Shown: positions 1 to 11,700, counted from the stretch's first letter. The stretch is DNA of 64,000 nucleotides from an uncultured candidatus Porisulfidus sp. (GCA_965215125.1 OZ244052.1:1834068-1898067), one strand, 5' to 3'. Notes: generated by a model from the letters alone, not told the origin. Numbers and translations are program-made.

Positions 1-3000
1 AACCGGTGTTTCCACGAGAATCAATGCCGAAGGGAATAGTGTCACAGAGAACATTCATAGGATTGTGCTTCGCGTCAATGATATTAGTACTACGAGAACG
101 ATTACGGTCGGTTGGAATAGGATCGGCACCCTAGAAGATTTAAGATATACATATCTTGCAACACCCACAGAACCTGAAAACTATACTGATTTAGACTTCG
201 ATGTTGACCGTATTCCGGATAGCGTGGATTTTGCCCCTAATTATCCTCGTATTCTTCAAGTTGCCGTTGAAAATACGGTGACAGCGGTAAATTTCTTGGC
301 AACGGATAGTTTTCAGCCATTATTTGTTACTGATTTGGGTTTAATCATAGCTAAAAACCAAGGCGAGAGTGAAGTTACCTATTCCGTAGCGAATATCCCA
401 TACGATCAATTAAGTGAAGAAACAAAAGACTTTCTTGCATTCACTGATGATGGGTTAGATAGGAGTTTTGTTTCGGCAATAGAAGATGTCTCTTACACAA
501 TAGATACCATAGGAACATACGGGATTGTGGTAGATTACGCTATCAATAGCGAAGGCAAAGCAACAGGAAGTATCACCTATACTTCTTTCCCGATATCAAC
601 CCCCGAATTTGAGACTTTATCGGTTCTGCAATACGACTATGACTCTAATCGTTGGAAAGATTTTAAGCGGGATAACACACAGGACGGGTATGCCGATACT
701 TGGTATGCAATAAGGCATCCGAACCCGGGCTCCGAGATATGTCCGACTGATATTAGACCATATAGGGAGGGAAATATTGGACAGTCAGACCACATTGGCG
801 ACTATTTTTTGTCGGGTATGCATGAAGAACATTGTATCATGCTGGTTGTTACCGACGGTGGTCCTTATGATTCTACCGGCTTAGACGGAATTGTTGGAAG
901 CGGCGCAGGTATAGCAAGGGACGACATTTCCGTTTCTGATCGTGGGCCTGGACTTGTCTGTTCAGCATTCTTTCCGAATATAGGTCAAACAGAACTATTC
1001 TTTAGGACACAGGGCACTGCCGTTAATGAAAATGGCTTTACCATAGACGGTCGTACGATAAGTCCTAGGTCTGTTGAACAAATCGGAGAGACCATCGGTA
1101 CCGTTTCGGTGCTCAAAGTAACATTGAATGAAGAAATTGTAGCCGATGATTCAATTTCGGTAAGTTACAAGCCAACTTCGGAAACACCCGACGACGAAGC
1201 AATTAGTGCTTCTTGTAGTTCTGATTCGCGCCTAGACTCCGACTCCGATGGCGACGGTATCATTGATGTGGCAGACAACAATCCTTTTGATGAAGATGAT
1301 AGTTCTATCAATACCAATGTTGCCTCGGCAACACCGATAGCCCCGGCACCCACCACTTCTAGCGTTTTTTATAGTCGCGGCACGGTCATAAGAAGCCTTT
1401 TAAGAGGCGACGAGTTCACTTATATAGATAGTGAACAGGGTGAGTTTGTTAGAGAAACATTTACCGCAGCTATGACCCCAGCACAGTATTTCGGCATAGC
1501 CGATCCTGATGCTAGGATATTCCGAGATGATGGTGAGCAGTGCGCTAGAATACTAGAAACTTATAGTTCTGACAGTTACCACTTTAATAAAATAAACATA
1601 GCCGAACATTGTACGGATATAACCGATAGCTTGGGCGATGAACCTGCGGGTGAGCGTCCTTATGTGTGGGTGACAGTTAACAACAACGGCCATATAACTA
1701 GCGAATTTTTGACTTTCAATGTTGAAGTGTTGCCGGAAATAAATTTCTCCGGTCAGGCTTCGTATTTATACACTAATTCTCCTTCTACTCGCCAAACCGT
1801 TGTTATTTCAACGTATAACAGTGATTCTGATTCGCCTTCATTTATTGATGTGACAGTACGAAGTGGCAATATAGCTACGACACCTTCGTCTGTCACAGAG
1901 ACACAGGAGAGCCTGAGGGTAAGAGTTCTTCCCGACTTAGAATTTATAGCAGAGGGAGAATATACCATCGCAACTTCAGCATCTCCGATGCCGGGTCAAA
2001 CCATTACTCATTGGTTGGGTACATCGGTAGTAGATGATGAAGAGGGAGAGACTATGGCATGGCATCCTGCCACCACATCGCTACGACCTAGAGAAGGAGG
2101 TGTTATACAAGATGAAGATGATTTTGCTGATTCTGATGATGATGGTGTTAGTGAATACGAGTATGCAATAGGTCCTAACAACAACATTGATGTCAGACTA
2201 GTAGCAGCAGACGAAGACATCACTCGAATTCGTCAAGTGTGGTTGTATGAAGTTGAAAATCCGGAGACGACCACAAACCAAGTATTCCAAGTCTCCTCTG
2301 TGGTAGCAGGGAGAACCTATTATGCCATAGCGGACTTTGAGGCAAGTACTGACACCATAACAATCGAAAGGTCGCCAACGGTGGTGGAAGGCTATACAAT
2401 TACGGAAACCACACCTACCGCTATAGAGGCTATTCGTAGTGACATCGGTCGCGATGAAGTGGGTTTAGTATCTGACGCTATTATTCAGTTCACGGTGAGC
2501 GATGATTTTACACCACCTACCGAAATCACCGTAGGCTGGGATAGCATCGGCAGTGCTGAAAGAGTAATAGAAACATATCTTGTAAACACCGAACAACCTC
2601 CATATTATGACCAAACCGATACGAACAGGAACAACATTCCCGACAATGCCGACTTAAACCTTAACGATAATAGACTACAGGTTGGCACGGGTGACAATAA
2701 CACTGTTGATTATCTATCAACACAGGGAGATCAGCCGGTATTCTTAACCTACGAAGCACTTGTTATAGCAAACGATATTGTTATGGAAGCTATAAACCCT
2801 ATGGACGACCCGAACCCGAGTCGTTTTTATTCTGCGGCAGATATTGACTATGGTGGCTTAAGTGAGGGAGTGAGAGCAACACTTGGTTTTGATGAAGCAG
2901 ACAGAGCCTTTGAAGAAGAAGACGAAGACGGCATACCGATAATGCCGGTAGATGTGCCGATAGAAAGACTAGCTGCCTTCGGGGTTCGAGAAGTAGATTA

Positions 3001-3574
3001 TCAAATAGATGATAACAATCGAGTAGTAGGAGGTATTACTCATACGGTTTTCCCGATTTCATCTAATGAGCCTGGAGAAATTTTATATGTAGGAAAATAC
3101 AACAGGTTGGCCGAGCGTTGGGAACGTTTTGAGAGAGGCACCTTTGTAGGTGGATATAGTCAAGCTAATGAGCGTTGGGAGCTTTTTGAAGGTGGCACTA
3201 GCTATCCTGACACTTGGTATGGAATTGTGCGGCCGAATAATAGCGGACCCTGTCCGACCAGTATAGAAGAATACAAAAATAGACATCAAGCAGCCGGTGA
3301 AGACGGTCAAGGTTTTGTTTCGGGTGCTCAAAACTGTATCATGCTGGCGATCACCGATGGGGGTCCTTATGATAGTAGTGGCTTAGACGGCAGAGTGGTT
3401 GATGACACTGCAGCTACGGTTAGAAGGCTTTTGGTTCGAGCGGCTATTCGTGCCATTCTTACCGGTGGATTTGGGAGCGGTGCTGTTGATATGGGTGATG
3501 TAATATTGCTTTTGATGGCTTTGCTATCGTTAGTGGCAATAACGATGAGACGAATAAGGAAAAAACATTATTGA
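1..3574 (+). CDS. Large secreted or surface Asp-rich repeat protein, N-terminally truncated by the window edge (frame open from nt 2; ORF track begins at 65). Internal ~300-aa duplication; C-terminal Gly-rich + TM helix + RRIRKK tail (GlyGly-CTERM/PEP-CTERM-like sorting signal)
   Basis: No stop in frame between nt 2 and 65, and no signal peptide at the first Met. Residues ~14-290 and ~815-1115 are paralogous; both end in CIML(V/A)(V/I)TDGGPYDS(T/S)GLDG. Asp-rich DxDxDGxxD motifs (DSDSDGDGIIDVADNN, DEDDFADSDDDGV) resemble calcium-binding TSP3-type repeats. C-terminus: TGGFGSGAVDMGDVILLLMALLSLVAITMRRIRKKHY. Confidence 0.6.
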   Translation, partial: TGVSTRINAEGNSVTENIHRIVLRVNDISTTRTITVGWNRIGTLEDLRYTYLATPTEPENYTDLDFDVDRIPDSVDFAPNYPRILQVAVENTVTAVNFLATDSFQPLFVTDLGLIIAKNQGESEVTYSVANIPYDQLSEETKDFLAFTDDGLDRSFVSAIEDVSYTIDTIGTYGIVVDYAINSEGKATGSITYTSFPISTPEFETLSVLQYDYDSNRWKDFKRDNTQDGYADTWYAIRHPNPGSEICPTDIRPYREGNIGQSDHIGDYFLSGMHEEHCIMLVVTDGGPYDSTGLDGIVGSGAGIARDDISVSDRGPGLVCSAFFPNIGQTELFFRTQGTAVNENGFTIDGRTISPRSVEQIGETIGTVSVLKVTLNEEIVADDSISVSYKPTSETPDDEAISASCSSDSRLDSDSDGDGIIDVADNNPFDEDDSSINTNVASATPIAPAPTTSSVFYSRGTVIRSLLRGDEFTYIDSEQGEFVRETFTAAMTPAQYFGIADPDARIFRDDGEQCARILETYSSDSYHFNKINIAEHCTDITDSLGDEPAGERPYVWVTVNNNGHITSEFLTFNVEVLPEINFSGQASYLYTNSPSTRQTVVISTYNSDSDSPSFIDVTVRSGNIATTPSSVTETQESLRVRVLPDLEFIAEGEYTIATSASPMPGQTITHWLGTSVVDDEEGETMAWHPATTSLRPREGGVIQDEDDFADSDDDGVSEYEYAIGPNNNIDVRLVAADEDITRIRQVWLYEVENPETTTNQVFQVSSVVAGRTYYAIADFEASTDTITIERSPTVVEGYTITETTPTAIEAIRSDIGRDEVGLVSDAIIQFTVSDDFTPPTEITVGWDSIGSAERVIETYLVNTEQPPYYDQTDTNRNNIPDNADLNLNDNRLQVGTGDNNTVDYLSTQGDQPVFLTYEALVIANDIVMEAINPMDDPNPSRFYSAADIDYGGLSEGVRATLGFDEADRAFEEEDEDGIPIMPVDVPIERLAAFGVREVDYQIDDNNRVVGGITHTVFPISSNEPGEILYVGKYNRLAERWERFERGTFVGGYSQANERWELFEGGTSYPDTWYGIVRPNNSGPCPTSIEEYKNRHQAAGEDGQGFVSGAQNCIMLAITDGGPYDSSGLDGRVVDDTAATVRRLLVRAAIRAILTGGFGSGAVDMGDVILLLMALLSLVAITMRRIRKKHY

Positions 3575-3626
3575 ACCTAATTAGCAAGTAATGTCTATGC
3601 GCTTATAAATATCCGTTGATGTAGAG

Positions 3627-6600
3627 GTGGCTAAAAGCATGCGTCCCACTTTGAACCGGGTTTCGCTTGCTTTAGCCGTCTTCATTGGTGCGATTTTGCT
3701 GATCGGCATAACCGTGCGGGGGTTTATATATGATATAGAGCGGTATCGCGAGGTTATTAGCTCACAAATTGCCGAAACACTCAAACTCAATGTCTCTGTC
3801 GGCAAACTGGAGAGAGGCGTGGGTTTGCTTAATCCGGTCATTTATGCAGAGCAAGCAAAATTTTCAATATCCGATGATTTTGACCGGCCATTGTTGGTTA
3901 AGCAAACCGAAATAGTTCTGAAATTGCTTGGCTCTGTATTGAGTATAGAACCACGCGTTCAATCGATTAAAATGCGAGGTGTAGAATCTGCGTTATCCAC
4001 CGACATGGGAAATAGCGCATTATACCTGCCTCGGATTGGTCGGGAATTTCATCGGTCGGAACAATGGTTTGATATAAACCGGCTGCTCACCGATACCGTA
4101 GCCATTGCTCACTACGACTTAAACTTCCACGATGTATTGCTGTATTGGGATGATAAAAACATGGAGGACATTAAGACTTTCCATTTAGAACATTTGATCG
4201 TAAACTCTCAACACCATCAAACCCGACTTAGTGCGGCAACACGGCTACCTGAACCATTGGGAGAAAATCTAACTTTAACTGCCACACTTAAGCACGACCC
4301 GTCTAATCTCGCCGGCGATTTCTATATCAATGTAAAAAACTTGGATATAACTAGACTTTACCAACTGGCAAATACACAATCTATCAATGAAGGCATATTG
4401 CAAACCGAACTACACGGGCGGATTTCATACCAACGGGGCATGGAAAAGCTAAGCGGTACCTTAGCACTAAAAGATGGGCAAATCCACGGATTGAATCTAG
4501 ACAATACGGTGCCTGATGTTGAAACCGAACTCAGCCGGCAAGCACAAAAGCATAACAGGGAATTAAACCTTAACGGCTTATTTGTTCAAGATGAGAACAC
4601 GATTATTCAAAATGCCGATTTTATGGTTATCCAAACAAGGAATGAAGAGGACTACCACGGTAAACTTCAGTTCCGCTCGGATAACATGTCTCCTGTCGTA
4701 TATAATGAAATTCTTGCTTATGCTAAAACCAATTTTAGTATTGAACAAAGTTATACTGCAGCTTCGGTTGATAAGCAGGTCATAGATTTGACATTACACG
4801 CCGGTCATTCCTCGGATTGGTTTGCATCACCACATGACTGGTCGCCTATGCAGCCGGCATCGGATGCCGATATGCCGAAATTGTTGAGTGGGGATTTTGA
4901 GTTGGTATTGAACGATGTTGGTTTTAAGTGGAATCAATGGCATACACCGCAAAATTTAAAGCATGTCAAATTAAAAGGAAATTATAAACGCAGTGCCGGA
5001 CACAACGAATGGAATCCTGAGCAACTATATATTAAGGATATCAATGTAAACCTTAAAGAACCACAATTGAATTTAAGCCAAGTAGAAGGACATCTATATT
5101 TTAATAAATCCGGTGTGCGGTCGGACAACAATGGTGCGCTATTGAACGAAACCTATGCACTGACTGCAATCATTGAGCCCCAAAGGGAATTGACCTTATT
5201 AAAAATGCAATCCGATATGCCCTTTCCATCCGACTATATGGGGAATTTCTCGTTGCCGGCAAACGCTATTGATATTGCTACCGATATTTGGTACGGGGAG
5301 TTTCTATTGCCTTCATTGTATGCAGAGGCGCAACACACATTACAGCTAAAGTTAAATTCGGACCTGAAAAGTTTAACGGTTAACATGCCTGTCCCGCTAA
5401 ATAAACGCGCAAGTGAAGTGGAGAATTCCACACGGATTGAGCAAATTACGACCGCCGATAGCAATCAATTTAACTACGGCAACCGCTTTCGTTCAACACT
5501 AAAAGTTGCCCAAGCCGGGGATGTAACAGGTTCACCTGAACTATCACCCCCAATTGACTATGATCTGCACGAAATTCAGCACGATGATTGGTTTACGGGG
5601 CGTGGTGTAATTCCTCGCCTTTCTATTAATCAATGGCTTGATTGGCTGTCAAATTATTCGGACATAACAACACACTCTGCGCCTTATACACAAGATGTAG
5701 ATGTGTTAATAGAAGAGCTTGTTTGGGGCACTTCAACTATGCACCAAGTTCATTTAACCGTCAAACGGCAACAAAACAAAACATTACTATCATTTGATTC
5801 GGAAGAAATCAAAGGGCTTGCTACTATTCCTGTCAACAGAGACGAGCGCATAGATATAGATTTAGATCACCTTGTACTAAAAGGTGCCTCCGCTTTTGAT
5901 TTTCCCCAACTAGAACTCACCGCCTTCTCACCTATGACCATCAATGTAAGCCGGCTTAAGAAAGATCATTTTGATATAGAAAACCTTGAAGTAGTACTGT
6001 CACCTGCAAGCAATGGATTACGCATAGAAAAAATAAGTTTCAATAAAAAAGAAGGGGACAAGACACTGATACAAGCACATTTAGAGGGCAACTGGACAAA
6101 AATAATCGATAGGGATTATAGCGACTTTAGTTTTCTGTTAGAAAGCGACGACTACGGCCAATTGTTACAAAACTGGGGATTTTATGACGAAATGAAAGGA
6201 GGGCAAGGACAAATTAATGGTCAATTACACTGGAACAATAGCCCGATGGATTTTAAGCAACATCAATTACAAGGGCTAGTCCGATTAGAAATTAGTGATG
6301 GAGTTCTTGAAGCTGTTAATCCAAGAATGTCTAAGATATTGAGTTTGTTAAATATTGATGCATTCTTAAAACGTTTAACCGATAATTTCAAAAATACTTC
6401 CGAAAATGTCTCTCAAAAGGGGCTTGCGTTTGATAGCATGCAAGGCTATTTAGAATTCCAAAAAGCGGACTTGATAATTAAAAATCTCGATATCAATACT
6501 ACTACTTTTGATATGAAAATCGTAGGGCGTACCGACATCGTTCAGGAGCATTACGACCAAAAAATCACGATAACCCCTAAGATGGGCAGTAACATTAAGC

Positions 6601-6779
6601 ATTTAGCCTCTTTTTTGAGTAGTGACATAGTGTATACTGCTTCACTATTATTCAACAAGTTCGCCAAACTAGATAAAGCGATTGATAAATCTGCCACTTT
6701 AGAATATACCCTAAAAGGAAGCTGGGACAACCCTGAGGTAGAAGCTGTTAATACCTCTCTGACCCCGGAACCCGACTAA
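3627..6779 (+). CDS. AsmA-family / YhdP-like large inner-membrane-anchored protein; ATG at 3639 preceded by GAGGTGG is the likely start
   Basis: 1050 aa with a single N-terminal TM helix (VSLALAVFIGAILLIGITV). The long, mostly beta-type periplasmic region is typical of the AsmA/YhdP/TamB-like family. Identified by architecture only. Confidence 0.45.
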   Translation: MAKSMRPTLNRVSLALAVFIGAILLIGITVRGFIYDIERYREVISSQIAETLKLNVSVGKLERGVGLLNPVIYAEQAKFSISDDFDRPLLVKQTEIVLKLLGSVLSIEPRVQSIKMRGVESALSTDMGNSALYLPRIGREFHRSEQWFDINRLLTDTVAIAHYDLNFHDVLLYWDDKNMEDIKTFHLEHLIVNSQHHQTRLSAATRLPEPLGENLTLTATLKHDPSNLAGDFYINVKNLDITRLYQLANTQSINEGILQTELHGRISYQRGMEKLSGTLALKDGQIHGLNLDNTVPDVETELSRQAQKHNRELNLNGLFVQDENTIIQNADFMVIQTRNEEDYHGKLQFRSDNMSPVVYNEILAYAKTNFSIEQSYTAASVDKQVIDLTLHAGHSSDWFASPHDWSPMQPASDADMPKLLSGDFELVLNDVGFKWNQWHTPQNLKHVKLKGNYKRSAGHNEWNPEQLYIKDINVNLKEPQLNLSQVEGHLYFNKSGVRSDNNGALLNETYALTAIIEPQRELTLLKMQSDMPFPSDYMGNFSLPANAIDIATDIWYGEFLLPSLYAEAQHTLQLKLNSDLKSLTVNMPVPLNKRASEVENSTRIEQITTADSNQFNYGNRFRSTLKVAQAGDVTGSPELSPPIDYDLHEIQHDDWFTGRGVIPRLSINQWLDWLSNYSDITTHSAPYTQDVDVLIEELVWGTSTMHQVHLTVKRQQNKTLLSFDSEEIKGLATIPVNRDERIDIDLDHLVLKGASAFDFPQLELTAFSPMTINVSRLKKDHFDIENLEVVLSPASNGLRIEKISFNKKEGDKTLIQAHLEGNWTKIIDRDYSDFSFLLESDDYGQLLQNWGFYDEMKGGQGQINGQLHWNNSPMDFKQHQLQGLVRLEISDGVLEAVNPRMSKILSLLNIDAFLKRLTDNFKNTSENVSQKGLAFDSMQGYLEFQKADLIIKNLDINTTTFDMKIVGRTDIVQEHYDQKITITPKMGSNIKHLASFLSSDIVYTASLLFNKFAKLDKAIDKSATLEYTLKGSWDNPEVEAVNTSLTPEPD

Positions 6780-6863
6780 CCCATCTACCTCCGCAACCGC
6801 TCCACGTCACATAATTCTGCCAACCACGCTACGACTCATTGAATACTTTTCAACAGCTCCACT

Positions 6864-6990
6864 GCACAACCACCCCATGGAAAGGTTTTACATTTTGCAT
6901 ATATGCTAGGGTTCTGCACAATGTCACGCCGTTTGTGCTACTGCAACAAATGGCGGTTCTATTACGCCTGCCACCCCTCTGAAGGGGGGG
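6864..6990. repeat. Composite intergenic repeat P-Q-R(rev), between the convergent AsmA-like gene and dnaG
   Basis: P: caaccaccccatggaaaggttttacattttg. Q: gttctgcacaatgtcacgccgtttgtgctactgcaacaaatggcggttcta (hairpin). R in reverse orientation: gcctgccacccctctgaaggggggg. The same arrangement recurs at 38602-38740 and, as P-Q only, at 13937-14033. Confidence 0.8.
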
Positions 6991-7002
6991 AATGTGCTGC
7001 CG

Positions 7003-8769
7003 CTACGACAGCGGCTGGCTTTTTAATTTGTGTAGGTGCTTGAGTAAATCGTGCATTTTTATTTGTCCGGAGCCGTCGGTTGATAATTCTTTTTGCAGTT
7101 GTTCAATTTTTTGTTCGGTTATCTCTATTTCCAGTTGGCGCATTGCATCCTTGAATTCTATTTCGGTATCGGCTTCGGGTGCGGTGGATGTCGTCAGCAG
7201 GCGAGCGAGGTTTTCTTGATGCAAACTTTCCCTAAAGGATTCAACGATGCTTGCAGTGCTGGATAGTTTTTTATGTTTTATGCAGTCAATCACATCGGCA
7301 AGTAGTTCTGCGCCGGGTTTTTGCAGTCCGCGTATTTTATCAGCGGCAAGTGCCTGATCCGCCAGCGAGGGTTTTGCCAATAATGCGCGCAGTGCGACCG
7401 TAACCGTTGAATACAAAATCTTTTTTTTCGCCTCATCGCTTCCTCCGGTTTTGGTGAAAGATTTTTTAGCCCCGTAGTCGGTCTTTAATTTATCTACATC
7501 TATATTGATTTGTTCTGCCAGACGTTTGAACATTAATTCTCTGAACATGCCTTGGGGCAGCTGCATTATCAAGGATCTAAGTGATTTGGCATAGCGGGTT
7601 GCATGGGCAGGATTATTCAAGTCTAGTCCTTGCGAGTGATGTGTGAACAAGAAGTCCGCCAGGGGCACTGCTTCTGCAAGTTGTTTATTAAATACTTCGT
7701 AGCCGTGTTGTGTGATATAGCTGTCGGGGTCTTCGCCGGAGGGTAAGAACATAAAGTTAATGCTACAGCCGTCGGTGAATACCGAGAGTGCTTGTTTTGC
7801 AGCTTCAATCGCTGCTCGTCGTCCTGCGCTGTCGCCGTCAAAGCAGAATATCAGATTGGAACTAAAGCGCAGTGCGATGCGAATATGGGTTTGAGTCGTT
7901 GCGGTGCCTAAAGTTGCTACCACGTTGCGTACACCGTGCTGGGATAAGGATACTGCATCCATATAGCCCTCTACGAATAATAAGCAGCGTAGATCGCGCA
8001 CTTTTTTCAGTTCGTGCAAGCCGTACAGCGTGTTTCTTTTTTTGAATAGAGGTGTTTCCGGAGAATTCATATATTTCGGCAGTCTATCTTGTTTTTGCTT
8101 TTTGTTTTCCAAGAGGCGACCGCCGAATGCAATCACATTACCGCGTCGGTCGCGTATCGGGAACATCAAACGGTCTCTAAACTTTTCGTACGGTCGATTG
8201 CCACTTTGAGCGAGCAAACCGACGGTAATCAGCGTTTTCTCGTCGTAGGCGGAACCTAGGCATTGTTTCAGATAAGGTTTGTCGGGTGCGTATCCGATTG
8301 CAAAATCGGCAGCAGTTTCCGGTGTAATGCCTCGCCCTCGCAAATAACCGCTCGCTTGTGCGTTTTGTTTCAGTTGTGCTCTATAAAACTCGGATACTTT
8401 ATTCATTATCGTGTGCATCTTTTCAAAACGTTTTTGGTCTTCGGTTGATACACGAGTATTTAGGCGAGGCACTTCCATGCCTGCATGACGCGCCAGCTCT
8501 TCCACCGCCTCTTGAAAAGTCATACGCTGGTGTTCCATTAAAAATTTTATAGCACCGCCCGAGGCATGACAGCCGAAGCAATAGTAGAGACCTTTATCGC
8601 GGCTAACCGAAAAAGATGGGGTTTTTTCATCGTGAAAAGGGCAGCACGCCATATAAGAGCGTCCCGATTTTTTCAGCGGGGTCGGTATATAGCGGTTGAT
8701 TAACGCAACGATGTCGGTGCGCGTAAGCAATTCGTCTATAAAAGTAGAAGGAATACTCATTTCGTCCAA
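7003..8769 (-). CDS. dnaG: DNA primase
   Basis: CHC2 zinc finger (MACCPFHDEKTPSFSVSRDKGLYYCFGCHASGGAIKFLMEHQRMTFQEAVEELA); Toprim (FVEGYMDAVSLSQHG…FDGDSAGRRAAIEA). Confidence 0.95.
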   Translation of the reverse strand: MDEMSIPSTFIDELLTRTDIVALINRYIPTPLKKSGRSYMACCPFHDEKTPSFSVSRDKGLYYCFGCHASGGAIKFLMEHQRMTFQEAVEELARHAGMEVPRLNTRVSTEDQKRFEKMHTIMNKVSEFYRAQLKQNAQASGYLRGRGITPETAADFAIGYAPDKPYLKQCLGSAYDEKTLITVGLLAQSGNRPYEKFRDRLMFPIRDRRGNVIAFGGRLLENKKQKQDRLPKYMNSPETPLFKKRNTLYGLHELKKVRDLRCLLFVEGYMDAVSLSQHGVRNVVATLGTATTQTHIRIALRFSSNLIFCFDGDSAGRRAAIEAAKQALSVFTDGCSINFMFLPSGEDPDSYITQHGYEVFNKQLAEAVPLADFLFTHHSQGLDLNNPAHATRYAKSLRSLIMQLPQGMFRELMFKRLAEQINIDVDKLKTDYGAKKSFTKTGGSDEAKKKILYSTVTVALRALLAKPSLADQALAADKIRGLQKPGAELLADVIDCIKHKKLSSTASIVESFRESLHQENLARLLTTSTAPEADTEIEFKDAMRQLEIEITEQKIEQLQKELSTDGSGQIKMHDLLKHLHKLKSQPLS

Positions 8770-8790
8770 CGATAACGGACAAGCAAGTAT

Positions 8791-11700
8791 TTAAGCTGCT
8801 TTCAATAGGCTTGCCATCAGCATATCGAGTTCCGCCGCTTTGGGTTTGACCAACCAGAATTTAGGCAAATAGGTAGAGAAATCGTCAAGCATAGACTGTG
8901 CAAATAGGCTACCTGTTTTTCGGTGGTGTTCGGTCAATAGGATATATAAATAATCTCGTTGTTGATCCATCTCTTCGATATCTATGCGATAGATATCAAT
9001 CATCTCGTGGTTGTACAGGTCGCTAAAGTTGGTTTGTTGGTCAAAGACCATTGCTAATCCGCCGGTCATTCCGGCACCGAAATTAAGGCCGGTTTTACCC
9101 AGCACCACAACAAAGCCGCCGGTCATATATTCGCATCCGTGGTCGCCCACACCTTCCACGACTGCGATTGTGCCGGAGTTCCTCACTGCAAAACGCTCGC
9201 CTGCTTTGCCGGCAGCAAAAAACTTTCCACCGGTAGCACCGTAAAGGCAAGTGTTTCCGACAATCGGCATTTTTTGCGATTGTTCCGCTATTTGCGGTGG
9301 CGGATAAATGGCAATTTCTCCGGCTGCCATCCCTTTGCCTACATAATCGTTTGCATCGCCTTCCAGGTGTAGATGCAAGCCACCGGCATTCCAAACCCCG
9401 AAGCTCTGCCCGGCAGTACCTTTGAAATAAACATCCAACGGTGTATCCGACATGTCATAATTTCCGTATCGCTTGGCAATTTCGCCGGAGACCCGTGCAC
9501 CGATAGAACGATCCACATTGCGGATATTGTAGTGAAATTCGCCGCCTGTTTTATTTTTTACGGCATCCTTCATATCCGCAACCATGCGCTCTGCGAGGAT
9601 GCCTCGGTCAAACGGCTTATTACGTTCGTAGGTGCAAAACTGAGGCTTGTCGGCGGCAACACCCCCATCGGATAAAATAGCATTCAAGTCTAATCCGCTT
9701 TGCCGATGCGGTAATTCCTCTACAAGTTCCAATAAATCAAGTTGTCCGATCAAGTCTTCAAATTTTCTAACGCCTAAGTACGCCATCCATTCGCGTGTCT
9801 CTTTGGCAATAAAGAGAAAATAATTTCTAACCATCTGCATTTTGCCGATGAAGTGTTTCAGACGCAACACTTTGTTTTGGGTGGCAACTCCGGTTGCACA
9901 GTTGTTGAGATGACATATTCTCAGATATTTGCAGCCCATGGCAATCATCGGGGCGGTACCGAAGCCGAAGCTCTCGGCACCTAGAATCGCCGCTTTGACT
10001 ACGTCTAAACCGGTTTTTAAGCCGCCGTCGGTTTGCAATCTTACTTTGTCGCGTAGGTCGTTGTTGCGTAATGCCAAATGCGTCTCGGGTAGACCGAGCT
10101 CCCAGGGTGCACCGGCGTATTTAATGCTGGTGAGGGGACTTGCACCGGTGCCGCCGTCGTAGCCCGATATCGTAATCAGGTCGGCATAGGCTTTGGCAAC
10201 GCCGACTGCGATCGTGCCGACACCGGCTTCGGCAACCAATTTCACCGAGACTAAAACTTTAGGATTGACTTGCTTCAAATCAAAGATTAATTGCGCAAGG
10301 TCTTCTATCGAATATATATCGTGGTGCGGAGGTGGAGAAATCAGTGCGATGCCTTCGCTAGAATGTCTCAGTTTTGCAATCATTTTGTTGACTTTGGTTC
10401 CCGGTAGTTGGCCGCCCTCACCGGGTTTTGCACCTTGTGCAATTTTGATCTGCATGACTTCCGCGTCGCTAAGATAATGCGGGGTTACACCGAAACGTCC
10501 CGATGCGACTTGCTTGATTTTGGATGACTTATCGGTACCGAATCTCTTCGGGTCTTCGCCGCCTTCGCCGGAGTTTGAACGCCCGCCCAAGCTGTTCATC
10601 GCTTCCGCCAATGTTTCGTGTGCTTCGGGGGATAGTGCCCCTAAGGACATACCTGCAGAGTCAAAGCGTTTGACGATGTGTTCCTCTACTTCTACCTCGT
10701 CTAGCGGCACCGGAGTTTTGGGCTTTAGCTTCAGCAAATCCCTGAATACCGCCGGTTGACGGTGGTTGACATGATCGGCGAAGACTTTGTATTCGTTGTA
10801 ATCCGAGTCTTGTACGGCTTTTTGCAGACTTTGCACGACATCGGGGTTGAATGCATGGTATTCCCCGTCGTGTATGTATTTTAATAACCCGCCTTGTTGC
10901 AACGGTTCGGAGCGGTTCCGAGCGAGCTTTGCCAATTTCTTTTGATCATCCTCTAGATCCGAGAAGCGCAAGCCTTGTAGCCTGCTGGTAGTACCTGTGA
11001 AACACAGTGCGACAACCTCGTCGTGCAAGCCGACTATTTCAAATAATTGTGCGCCTCTGTAACTTGTAATCGTAGAGATGCCCATCTTGGATATGATTTT
11101 CAAAAGACCTTTGTTGATGGCTTGGCGGTACACAGAACAAATAGTCACCAGCGGTTTAGCATTGTCAATTTCCTGCTTGCGGTACATGCCGGCGAGACAT
11201 TGATAACTGAGATAAGGGAATATGGCACTTGCGCCGTAGCCAATCAGAGTCGCAAAATGATGCGGGTCCCGCGCAGTCGCAGTTTCTATGAGGATATTGC
11301 ATTGACACCGCAATCCTTCTTTGATTAGGCGGTGGTGCACCGCACCGCAGGCGAGCAGGGCGTGTATGTTGAGACGATCCGAAGCTATTTGTCTGTCGGA
11401 TAGTACGATTATTAGAAAGTCTTTCTTACGTGAAGCTTCTACAACTTGGTCGCAAAGTTGTATTATTGCAGAATGTAGGTTGTGTTCGCTCGAATAACTA
11501 AGGTTGAAAATTTGATGGGGAAATTTCTCAAGTTCCAGGATAGTGCGAAACTTGTATTCGGATAGTACCGGTGATCTCAATAACAGGCGATCTACCTCCG
11601 GCAATTCATCAAAAGGATTCATCTCGCAGCCCAATGCCGTTTCCAATCCCATCACAATACGCTCTCGTAAGGGGTCTATAGGTGGGTTGGTGACCTGTGC

